Source: Hypanus sabinus
Lineage: Eukaryota
Assembly (NCBI RefSeq): GCF_030144855.1
Contig: NW_026781663.1
Coordinates: 124,001 to 188,000, forward strand
Direction of reading: 5' to 3'
DNA length: 64,000 nucleotides
Shown: positions 1 through 11,656 of the stretch, one piece after another
How the letters are laid out: each line of letters starts with the position of its first letter
Numbering within the stretch: position 1 is the stretch's first letter
The notes under the pieces: model-generated
Told to the model about the DNA's origin: nothing
Database searches by the model: none
Seen by the model: the letters and a program-made list of their open reading frames with translations, nothing else
Made by a program: the position numbers and the translations under genes

Positions 1-459
1 AGTTGATATAAAAGCCTTCGATAGGAAACCACGACCGCTCTAAATTAAAGCGCACAATTTAAGGACTACAGGATGTCTCACATCTCCGCATTTCAGCGAC
101 CTGACCTGGAAGAGCAACGGCCGCCAGTACGGGATAGTAATTACGGACAAGATAATAAATTGCTGAATATCCCATTTTCTGCCAGAAGTGGCGATCAGAT
201 GTACGAAAAGTGTCAACTGTCTAGATGCACTCGTTCAACGATCCCTTATACACAAGGAGGCCAGTAAAGCCCATTAATACTACTCTCCCCTTTAGTTGCA
301 TTAGCTACAGGTCAGTGAGCGAAAAATCCGTGTTTGCATCGGTCTATTTTTACTCATTGCGACATTGTGTCAGCCACTTAACTTTCCGTGGAGCATCACA
401 TACAATTCATTCGATGTTTTTAAAATTTATTTTAGAGTGTCAGAGAAATGTTGTATTAC

Positions 460-1180
460 AGCATAAAAAACAGGACCCATTCAGTTCGTGTCGACTTCTG
501 CTGGACATCCATACCGCTTCATTCATGTATAACCCAAATTTGTCTTAAATGTTGCATCAAACCCACGTCCACCCCTTTCGCTGGCAGCTAGTTGCATCCT
601 CACCCCAGCCTCTGAATAAAGTCCCTCATCAGGTTTCCCTTAAATATTTCACTTTTCACACTTAACCTATGACAGGTAGTTCTACTCTCACCCAAAGAAT
701 GACAAATGCCTGTTTCTATTTGCTTCTCGTAAGTTAGTACGCCTCTACGATACCTCCACGAATTCTGCTGCGCTGGAGGTAAGAAAAAGAAATGTCTTAA
801 CCTCTTCAAACATTCCTTATGAATCAGATATTCAAGTCTTGACCATGCCCTTGTAAACTTGCTCTGTATTCTTCCAATCTCAGTGATGCTTTTGTGAAGG
901 TAATTGATCAGAACGCCACACAATACTCCAGAACGAGCCCCATCAAAGCGTAATGCAACTTCAGACCAACTTCTGAACTGAAAGGTTTAATTTATCAAAG
1001 CTGATAAGCTGAATACTCACTTTACGATCCAATCTCCTTCAGACGCCACAATCAATGAATAATGGATCTGTACTCACAGACACCTTTGTTCACTGCGCTA
1101 CTCAGAGCCGTACTATTCCATGTGTACGTCCCACGCTGGTCAGTCCTCCCAGTGTGTAACATCCCACACGTCCGCATTAA
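460..1180 (-). mobile_element. CR1 LINE 3' fragment
   Basis: The minus-strand frame resembles the CR1 ORF2 C-terminus (..IGRIQSKFTR..) and 3' UTR. Confidence 0.6.
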
Positions 1181-1439
1181 CAACAGAGCCGGCGGTGATC
1201 ACTGCGGCACTCCACTACTTTCAGGCTTCCATTCAGAGTGGCGGACATATAACTTTACTCTCTGGTTTCTGCCGCAAAATCATGCGGTCTGCTACTTTCC
1301 ACTGAATGAAAGGAACTGAACCGTCTGGGCAAACCTCCCACGTGGGCTTTGTCAAAAGCGCTGTTAATGTCCAAGTCGACGAGATCCACTGACAGGTCTT
1401 CATTGCAACTCCTGGAACAGTTCTGTCAGATTGCTTATG

Positions 1440-2000
1440 TAACGCGCTGCGTGGTCTCACTGCTAACGTAACGGAATCTCTGTAAGGTTTCACTGATAAT
1501 TATTCTCGGTAGCAGCCTGGTTTGGGTTATAGCTAGAGATAAGGGGGGGGGGCTTTATAATGTGTGCTATCCAATTAGAGGCATGTTGTTTCTTTCTTGT
1601 GGGGCTGAGAGAAGGATTCACGTTTTTTTTTGGCGAGGGATTAAGAGAGAAAACGCGAATGGAGAGAGTTGGTAGACCGCCGTTCGGAGTGGACTTACAG
1701 CGAGGGTCCGAGGGTCGGCAGGGAACGAATGGACGGAACCATGAGCTGCAGCTTTGTACATTAGCCTGCTTCATGAGAATGGGTCCTTTACCTTTTAGAT
1801 TCTTTACGAACCAAGCAGTCAAGTTAAGTATTATAAAGCTCAATCGTTCAATTGAATATTGTGTGTTGTTTGTTATTTTCTGCTAATGATTTGTAACAGG
1901 GTGAAACATCACGCAGCATCCACCCAAACAATATTTCTTAAGTCTGGCCGGGGCTGGGGCTGTCCTCCCCGCGATGAAGCCGCCAGCCGAACCTAGGATC
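1440..2000 (+). mobile_element. LTR-like fragment
   Basis: Non-coding, with a TATA-like ctttataa followed by a T-rich/GA-rich leader and a polyA-like signal; interrupts the CR1 fragments. Confidence 0.35.
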
Positions 2001-2019
2001 CCAAATCTAGGGTTCGGAA

Positions 2020-2390
2020 CAGTGGGATGTGAGCCGGCTGGAAAATGGCCGATGCAAATTAATGCAGACAAGTGTGAGGTGTTGAACTTTGGGAGGACCA
2101 GCCAGGGTAGGTCTTAGACAGTCAGCTTTAGCGCACTGATGACTGTGGTATAACGAGGGGATCTGGAAATACAGTTCCAGAATCCATTGAAAGTGTCGGC
2201 ACAGGTGGACATAGGGCTGTAAAGAAGGCCGTTGGCACATTGGCCTTCATACGTAAATGTATATAAGGCGTTGTTGAGAACTAAGTGTATTGTGTGCAGT
2301 TTTGGATATCTGCCTACTAGAAAGGTTAAAATAAGTTTGAAAGTGTTCATAGAATATGTACAAGGATGTTGCCGGGACTAGATGACCTCA
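2020..2390 (+). mobile_element. CR1 LINE RT C-terminal fragment
   Basis: tgggatgtgagccggctggaaaatggccgatgcaaattaatgcagacaagtgtgaggtg, a degenerate W..KWQM.FN..KCEV motif of CR1. Confidence 0.65.
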
Positions 2391-2649
2391 TGCTCTTGTA
2401 CCCAGTGCCCCAATCAATGACTGCAACCATGTAATACACTTCTGCCACCCCGTTTACGTGTCCATAGCGATGTACCGAACCTTCAAACTACACCAAAACA
2501 ATTCAACTCTCCTCCCTCCTCCTAGCCTTCCGCTGTATGTTCATCCATATGCCCAGCTCAGAGACTAATAAATGTCCCGAATGTCTCTGCCTCAACAAAC
2601 ATCCCTAGCAGTGTATTCACAGCCACACATCTCTCCCTGTGTTTAAGAC

Positions 2650-3480
2650 CATGAGATATAAGAGGTGGATTCGGACATTTCTCTCCTTCATTGTGCACCG
2701 CGTGGTATTACAGCCGATATGTTATCCCTCTCCACCGCATTCCCCTGCTGCCTCTCTGTAGCCTTTGCCTCACCAGGCAAAAAGCTATCAATCTCCGCTT
2801 TAGATATACATACCGACTTGTCCTCTACGCACACCTTTGCCAGTGAATTCCACAGATTCACCTCAATCTATCTAAATAAATTCTACCTCAACTCTGTTCT
2901 AAAGGAACTTCCTTTTCTTTCGAGGCTGTGCCCTCTGGTTCTACACTGCCACGGTGTAGGAGGCATTCTCGGTTCGTCCACTCTGACGGCGCCTTTCAAC
3001 TTCCAAGAGTTTTCAGTGAGATCCACGTCATTTGACTAGCAATCCAGTACAGGTCCAAAGTCATCATATATTCCTCATATCTTAAAACTTTCATGGTGGG
3101 AATCATTCTTGCGAACTCCCCAGGACCGTCTACTGTGTCTCTACATCCTTTCTTTGACATGGGGCACAAAACCGGTCTGATCGATGCCTTATGAAGCCTC
3201 TGTAAGGAGAAGGAATCATCGATGTTGTTATATTCTAGTTGCCTTGAAAGAAAGCACATTGCAGTTGCCTTACCACAGACTCAGTCAGCAATTACACCTG
3301 AAGGGAAATCTTCCAACTCCCCGCTCCTTTGGCATTTCTCATTTCTGAATTTGCTTCACGTTTAAAGAAATTATCTACGCCTTTATTCCTTCTACTAAAG
3401 CACATGGCAACGCACTTCCCTGCTCTATGTTCCATCCGTCACTTGCCTGTTTTCCTCTCCTGTGTTAGTCCTTCTAAAGA
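2650..3480 (-). mobile_element. CR1 LINE 3' fragment
   Basis: Reverse complement of the CR1 ORF2 end and 3' UTR; similar to 53400-54800. Confidence 0.6.
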
Positions 3481-3549
3481 CTCATGGCGTCTTCAGCACA
3501 ATTTGCATCGTCCAATATCATCGATATCATTGAGATATGGTGCAGAAGG

Positions 3550-4821
3550 GACAGAAGGAGATATGGAATGCGGTAGTCATTGGGGATCCCACAGTGAGGG
3601 AAACGGTCAGGAGCTTCTGTCAGCTTGATAGAGATACCCGCATGGTGAGTTGCCTGCCAGGTGCCAGGTTACGAGATATCTCGGGTCAGGTGCAGAGAAT
3701 TCTGAAGGGAGAAGTCTTGATACACGATGGTACGAAGGACATATGTGAAAAAGGGAGGAGGTCCTGAAGACAGAATTCGGTTAGTTGGGTAGGAAGCAGG
3801 ACCTCCAGGGTAGTCATCTCAGGATTTCTGTCTGTACCACGTGCTAGAAAATGCAATAATACCATGATCATGCATATTAATGAGGGACTGAGAGTCTGGT
3901 GTAGAGCGCAGGGCTTCAGATGCCTCTATTATTAGGGCCTCTTCTGGGGAAGTTCCACCCTGTACAAAAAGGATGGGTTATACCTGAACCCAAAGGGGTC
4001 CAATATCCGAGCGGGCAGGTTTGATAGAGCTGTCAGGGAGGTTTAAACTAAATAGGCCGGGGAATCAAATAGGAGCGATAGGGCTGAGGAAAGGAAAAAC
4101 AAAAATAAATTAGCGATAGCGTGCAACAAAAATGCCAGAAAGGAGAAGCAGGAAATGAGGCATAATCACAGCCAGTGGAATGAGTTACAGGGCAATAGAG
4201 GCGTGGTGCAGTTAACACAGAAAGGAACAAATACTGGTCATTAAGTGTTATCTTTGAATGCACGCAGCAAAAGAAAGAATATGGAGGATCTTGAAATTCT
4301 TCTGCAAGTATGACGTTGTGGCCATCTCTGAAACTTGGTTGAAGAATGGCTCCCATTGTGAGCTGAACGTCCAAGGATATTCAGTGTATTGGGACGACAG
4401 GTTAGTAGGCAGAGGCCGTGGTGTGGACCTGTGTAGAAGAAACAATATTAAACATTAGAAAGGATGACGTAGGATCGGAAGCTGTAGAGTCCCTATGGTT
4501 GCGTTAAGAAATGGCAAGGGTAAAAGTACCCGAATGGCAGTTGTAAACAGGCCTCCAAACAGCAGCCGGGATGTGGATTACAAATTACAGGATCGGATAG
4601 AAAAGGAGTGTTAGAAGGGCAATATCATGATAATCGTTGGGGATTTTAGCATGAAACTGGTTTGGGAAAACCAGGTCAGTACTGGACTTCAGGAGAGAGA
4701 ATTTGTAGAATCTCTAAGGGATAGTTATTTAGAACAGCTTGCTCTTGAGACCACGAAGAGATTGACTGTGCCGGATTGGGTGTTGTGTAATGATCTGGAG
4801 GTGATAAGAGAAATTAATGTT

Positions 4822-4870
<49 letters not shown>

Positions 4871-6575
4871 TTTGGAAAATGTGATCAAGTTGACTTTGAA
4901 ATTTGACAATGAGAAACTAAATACTAAATTCCAACGTGTCGATATTTCAGTGGAATAAAGGAAGTTATGATGGCATGAGAGAGGAACTGCCCAAAGTTGA
5001 CTGTAAAGGGACATTAGCTGGAAGGACAGCACAGCAGCAGTGGCTGAATTTCCGTGAAAAATGACGGAAGTGCATGACAGGCATATTCCAAATAAGAAGA
5101 AATTTTCAAAGGGATGAAGAATACTACCGCGTCGGACAAGTGAAGCCAGAGCCGAAGTGAAAGCAAAGAGAGGACATACAAGGAAGCCAAAGCTAGTGGG
5201 AAAATAGAGGAATGGGAAGCTTTTATAAACTTGCAGCAGAAAATTGAGAAGGTCATCAGCAAGGAAGAGATGAATTGTGAAAGGAAGCGGGCGACAAATA
5301 TCAAATAAGATATTAAAGCTTTAATTAATTATATAAAGTGTCAAAGAGAGTCGAGGGTTGATATAGAAACAATACTGAATGATGCTGGGGATACTGTAAT
5401 GAGATATGCAGAGGAACTGAATGCGTATTTTGCATCAGTTTTCCTAGTGGAAGACACCTGCAGAATACCGGACATTCAGGAGTGTCAAGGAAGTGAATTA
5501 GTGCACTGACAATTAAGACTTCCTCAGGAAACGTAATGGTCTGAGAGTGGAGAAAGCTCCTGGTCCTGATGGAATGCTCCCTCGGGTTCTGAAGGAAGTA
5601 GCTGGAGAGATTGCGGAGGCATTAACAACGACCTTTCAGGAATTGATACATTCTGGCATGAACGGAGATTAGAAAATCGCAAAAGTTACTCCGCTATTTA
5701 GGAAGTGTGGGAGGCGGCAGAAAGGAAACTATAGACCTGTTAGGCTGACATCCGTGGTTGCGAAGTTTTTGGAATCGATTGTTAGGTATGAGATTACGGA
5801 GTACCTGGAGGCACATGACAAGCAGGCCAAAGCGAGCATGGTCGCCAGAAACGAAAGTCCTGCCTGACAAATCTGCAATTCTTTGAGGAAATTACAAGTA
5901 GGCTGGACGAAGGAGATAAAGCCCTTGGGATTACAAGGAAGTTACTAACATGTTTGGAGCATTGGCTTGTCGGCAGAAAACAAAAGGTGGGAATAAAGGG
6001 ATCCTATTCTGGCTGGCTGCTGGTTGCCAGTGGAGTTCCACAGGGGTCGGTGCTGGGACCGCTGCTTTTTATGATGTATATCAATATTTTGGACTATGCA
6101 ATAAATGTATTTGAGGACAAATTAGACGATACAAAGATCGGTGCAGGAGTGGATAGTGTTGAAAAAACAGAGAGCCTGAAGAGAGGCTTAGATAGTTTAC
6201 GGTAATGGGAAAATAAGTGGCAAATGAAAGACAATGTTCGGAAAGTGTACGGTCATGCACTTTAGTGGAAGAAATAAATGGGCACACTATTATTTAGATG
6301 GGGAGAGAATTCAAAATACAGAGATGTAACGCGATTTTGAAGTCTTTGTGCAAGATACCCTAAAGGGTAACCTACAGGTTGAGTCGGTGGAAAAGTAGGG
6401 AAATGCAATGCTGACATTCATTTCTGGAGGTATATAATATAAGAGCAGCGTCACGACTTCGAGGTCTATAAGGCACTCGTGAGACCATACATGGAGTATT
6501 TTTTGCAGTTTTGGGCTCCTTAGTTTGTAAAGGATATACTGACATCGGAGAGGATTCAGAGAAGAATCAGTAGAA
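3550..6575 (+). mobile_element. Degenerate, nearly complete CR1 LINE (ORF1 esterase, endonuclease, RT), 3' truncated
   Basis: AVVIGDP..CLPGA..HDGTKDI (SGNH esterase ORF1), YDVVAISETWL (APE endonuclease) and SGVPQGSVLGPLLF (RT), with many stops and frameshifts. Confidence 0.88.
4825..4868. repeat. (AT)22 microsatellite
   Basis: Directly visible, inside the CR1 element. Confidence 0.95.
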
Positions 6576-6603
6576 TTAGGGTTAGGGTTATGGTTAGGGT
6601 TAG
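6576..6603 (+). repeat. Short interstitial telomeric repeat (TTAGGG)~4.7
   Basis: TTAGGG TTAGGG TTATGG TTAGGG TTAG. Confidence 0.85.
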
Positions 6604-6810
6604 AACTCCCTCTGGTGCTTTCCTCCCTCTTTCTTTCTTTCTCCCTAGTCCTCCCGTCTCATGAACCTCTCCCTCACCAGCTTTGTATCCCTTTTGCCAA
6701 TCAACTTTCCAGCACTTAGCTTCGTCCCTCCCCCTCCTGTCTTCTCCAATAATTTCAGATCTCCCCCTCCCCTCCCACTTTCAAATCTCTTACTATATCT
6801 TCGTTGAGTA
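6604..6810 (+). mobile_element. Penelope-like element 3' UTR fragment
   Basis: Pyrimidine-rich sequence homologous to 50745-50950. Confidence 0.7.
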
Positions 6811-8049
6811 TATACTCTTAATACACGGTCTGTCTTCCCTGAGCTAATTTTAGATCAGGAGTCTCCTGCAGTCAGTTTACGTTAACGTTTTGAGAGAGAC
6901 AGTGCACTGATGAATGATGACGGTTTTACTGAGCGGTACTTTCAGCGTCATCGAGTCATACGACAAACATCCCATTCGGCCCGGCATCTTCCTGCCTGTA
7001 ACACATTGCCCACCACATAGAGCCAATCGAACAGGACCTGATCTGTAACTTCCTGTGGCTTGGCCAAGCAACTTCTGCAAAGTTAAATGAGAATAAACAA
7101 AAAAATCACTCTAATTAATTTAATTAAACACGTAATTAAATTGATAATTGTTCAGAATAAATCCCACCGAGGCAGCGCGTTTCATGTTCTAGCAGCATTG
7201 ATAGGAATACATTTCTCTTAGCAATTCTAAATTGGTGCCTTCACCGTGTATCTCTGCAGCCTTATGTTTCCCGATTCTGTCACGTATTCCTCAATGTGCA
7301 CCAGAGCAGGAATTTATTCAAGTTATGTACCACTCATAATAATAGCATAATCATTTCGATTTCCTTATGACAGCTTCAGACTGGTCTGCAACATGCCATG
7401 TAGTCTTCAGTGATAATATTGTGACTGCCTTGTCCCTGACAGCACTGAGAGAGTTCCTGAGGAGGAATGCGACGGAAGCTCAGGTTTCTCATTTGGAATA
7501 ACCCAAAGCTCCATATTGCAGCTTCCGGTTTATTGATGAAATTCTGAGAAATTGGCGTCACTGCTTATGTCACAGCGCCGCCGGGAATGTTGCGATCATC
7601 AGGGACCTGGTGGGCGGTAGAGTTTGTTTCTGTGTTGCAAGACACCGTGTTCTATATTACACTCATCAGTGCAGAAGAAAGAGAAGAAATAAGGTGAATG
7701 GACAGTGGATGATGAATTGATTGACATCACAGTGTGAACACATCACCTGGATATGTTGAAATCATAGAACAGCAGAGAACAGGAACAAGCCCTATGACTC
7801 ACTACCTCTGCGCTGTGCAAGATACCGAACGAGACTAAACTCTGATGAATGTACGTGACCCATCTCTCTTCATTCAGTGCATACGCATGTGCTTTGACTG
7901 AACATTTACCTTTATGAGAATCTAGAGGTCACATCTCAATAGACAGCAAACCTTTACCATCAGCTCCCTTGTTGAAATAAATATTTGAGCAGGCAAAAGG
8001 AAACACTAATGGATGAAACAGGTGAGGCTCAGTTACATACATCCCCGGA

Positions 8050-9815
8050 AGGGAGCAGGAAGGCTAGTGAGTTCGCCATGCTAGAATCAAGTTGGGTGAT
8101 GAACTGGAATCCACATGTAGAGGTAGGGATGGCAGAGAAACCACCAAACTGTACATATACATAGTGTTAGTCATGACACAGCAACAGGATCAGGAGTTTG
8201 CAAAGGCACAAAGAGGAGAGGATTCTGAAGAGTATATGGAGTATCGAGGGATACAGGCACGGAATGGGATTGTACTTAATAATGGTAGATTTTGTTTCCA
8301 GAATGTGAAAGAAACCAAATGATGCATTGTCACCATGAAATTTGTGAACGTCAAGCAGCAGATAGAACTAAGGAACAGCTGTCTAATCTGTGCTGATGGC
8401 CGAAATTGCGATGAGGTGTACACAATATAACCATATAACAATTACAGCACAGAAACAGGCCATCTTAGTCCTTCTAGTCTGTGCCGAACGCCTACTCTCA
8501 CCTACTCCCACTGACCCGCAATCAGCCCATAACCCTCCAATCCTTTTCTCTCCATATACCGATCCAATTTTACTTTAAATGAGAATACCGAACCTGCCTC
8601 TACCATTTCTACAGGAAACTTATTCCAGACAGCTACAACTCTCTGAGTAAAGAAATACCCCCTCATGTTACACTTAGATGTTTGCCCCCTAAGTCTCAAC
8701 TCATGTCCTCTTGTTTGAATCCACATGCAGAGGTAGGGATGACAAAGAAACCACCAAACTATACATACATATATGCATAAAGTTAGTCATGACACAGCAA
8801 CCGTATCAGGAGTTAGCAAAGGTACAAAGAGGAGAGGATTCTGAAGAGTATATGGAGTATTGAGGGATACAGGCACGGAATGGGATTGTGCTTAATAATG
8901 GCAGATTTTCGCTGCCAGAATGTGAAAGAAACCAGCTGATGTATTGTCACCATGACATTTGTGGGCATCAAGGAGCAGATACATCTATGGAACAGCTGTC
9001 GAATCTGTGATGGTGGCCGAAATTGCGAGGAGATATACAGCATTATTGTACGAATTGTTTGTGTTGTGCCCAGTAATAACCCAGATGAGATGTCTATAGT
9101 ATTTTAAGATACGCTCCGTAGAAGGAACATGTGTTACTTTAGAACATTGTTTTGGTGGATTTTCATATCCATCCCCTGGAGAAATAAAATATATCCTCGA
9201 GATAGTGGATGCTTCCACCAAGTGGATCGAGTCTTCCCCAACTGGATAATGAAAACCGCGGCCGTTACAGCCACGATTTGGTTTTGAGAGAGTTTCTACC
9301 CGTTGCCGGTTGACAAGCAAACTAGAATCAGTTATGGCCGCCGCTGCACCGCACATGTGACACAAAATGTAATGAAACTGTTTGGGGTAAAACACAGGCT
9401 GGTATCCATTATCGACCTCAATACAGTGCAATTGCTGAATGGATGAACATAACTTTAATGAAAATGTTAGCTAAAGTGAAAGAGTTAGAATCCTTGTTTT
9501 GGCTAGATATACCATCAACCGAGTGTGGTGGCATTGGGAAGGACAGCAATTAATTGACTCTATTAAGGAGGCCCATTATGTTGCCTCACATAACAGGAGA
9601 CGAAAGGATCAGCAGAACAAAACTCATTATGAGGTGCGAACAAAACCACGGGAGTAGGAAATCGGACAGAAGTTTATAATGTCGTTCTATCAGCCAAGCC
9701 CCTTTACAGCTTCCCGATTTGTAGGGATATGTGATATCGCTGACACAGCCAGTCCACCAGTACATCGAATTTAGACTGTTCCAAACAGGTTGGGTTGGTA
9801 TCATATTAACCAATT
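8050..9815 (+). mobile_element. Degenerate endogenous retrovirus pol (integrase) fragment, partly duplicated and interrupted by CR1
   Basis: Around 8945-9075 it translates as HHDICGHQG..WWPKLRGDIQHYCTNCLCCAQ (HHCC zinc finger). VDASTKWIE lies at ~9205 and a WYHI-type C-terminal motif at ~9795. Confidence 0.7.
8425..8720 (-). mobile_element. CR1 3' end insertion
   Basis: The minus ORF TRGHELRLRG..FFTQRVVAVWNKFP is typical of the CR1 C-terminus; (TGGTTATA)n-type tail. Confidence 0.85.
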
Positions 9816-11429
9816 CAAACCTCTTGGAGACAGTCAATGTCTTTTAGTAGCTGAGTTCTATAAAACATATTGTCAATGTGATGCCCTGGACCGAGATGAG
9901 ATGATCCTCTTAGAGTTATGTTTCACGCAACCACATCCAGTTTGTAACCGGAGGATGATGATAGGTCACATCTTTCCACTTGCCGATGCCAAGACGGAGA
10001 CTATAAAAGAGAGAAAAAAATAGGAGAACGCGTTACGTGGTCTTCTGGAAATAAAGTGGGCGATAATTGATCTGATATGAATGGATTTTAACAATGCGTT
10101 AAGGTTAGCTATGGTCGGACCATTCACAACGTCAGAAAGTTTGGTATCCAGGGAAAGTTGGCTGGTGGAATCAGACTGACGCCCACATAAGACAGAGGAT
10201 AGTTGGAGAGGAAGTGTTTTCTCCCTGGATGTCGGTGGACAGTGACTGAAGAGTTCTGTTCTGAGACCCTCGGCGTTATGTGTTTTTATGAATGACTTGG
10301 ATGAGGAGGAAGAAGGGTGGTTTATTGTACTTGCAATGATGTGGAGGTTGGTGAAATTATGGATGGTATAGAAGGTAGTCAGAGTTTACTATAGGACACT
10401 GACAGGGCGCAGAACAGCGCTGAGAAGTTACAGATGGAGCTCAACCCGGAACGTTACGAAGTGATCCACTTTGGAAGGATGAATTTGAAGGCAGAGGTGA
10501 TACTTTCTCGAGCCAACCGAAGGCCGCACGATTCTACGGATTCCACAATGGCAACTGAGTGGTGACACCGTCTCCAATAAACTGAGGGCCGCTCCTCGGT
10601 ACGAGAATCACAATCGGAACGGAGCGATACACTGCAGGAGCAGAAGGAAGTGTGATTGGCAGGTGAGCTTGAACACTTCCGGTGTTCTGCACATACTCAT
10701 AGTACGCTCGCAAGGCAATATAACTGACAGTAAAACAGGAGTTACGAAAAAGCGCAACTTATGGGAAAACATCCTAGGAACCTGCGGATAGTTCACAGAT
10801 TTCACTTGAGAATTTTGTTCAAAGAGAGGATGGATGGAGAAATAGTGGTAGAATTGTGGGAGGTTTGAGAATATCTTTAAATTTAAACAGACTGCATTGC
10901 ACGTCACGGGTACTGGGTGGTCAGGTCATTGACTGGCAGAGGTCAAGTTCCTGCCAAACGCCCCATGTGTGCGCTGGAAAACATTGTTCTTCAAACTGTC
11001 CACAGCCCTCGCTAATTTCCCGAAGAGACGCTCCCTTTTTGATCAAAGGTCTCTGGAATATTGCTGTGGATCTTTTAAAGTGTTTGTAGGAATACGTGCA
11101 GTGCATTTTATTGTTAAATATGTCAGCTGTCACTGTGAATTCCATCACTTGCACCGCCTGGAATGGCTGGAACGAACGAATGACGGGAATGAACGGATGT
11201 TCCCCTTCAATAAAGAAGTGTTGTCCATTTCACCTGCCAGACCAAACACCACCCCTCTGTCTAAGAAGCAAATGTGCTCCGTTGAATGCTACAAAATAAA
11301 CCAACTCCATTATGAACGCGTATGTTAGAAACAATACTGAGGTAACTATGTCCACTTTGAATAGGTGAGGTCAGGTGTCATGGAAATTAAACTTGCAACA
11401 ATCACATTACATTTTGTTTTAAAGTAAAT

Positions 11430-11656
11430 AGATTGCAATGTCCCTTGAGGAGTTAAATTCATGGACGGTGACAGAGTGAGTAAAAATAGTTTAATGTGTT
11501 TGTGCATTTGGTTGTCACTAATGTCCCTGACGTGATAGCCACGCTAATTGCCTCAGTGGAGTTGCTGTCTCCTCAATAAAAGTCTGCTAAACCGATCACC
11601 AGTCCATCTGAGCAGCTAAAACGTTCCGTACAACTGAACGCTGCTTCTGACGGAAT
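11430..11656 (+). promoter_or_regulatory. Putative proximal promoter/5' UTR of gene 1
   Basis: Much better conserved with 26080-26306 than the sequence further upstream. Contains TGACGTGA (CRE-like, 11528), CTAATTG (11544) and a TATA-position AATAAAA (11575), ~80 nt before the ATG. Confidence 0.55.
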
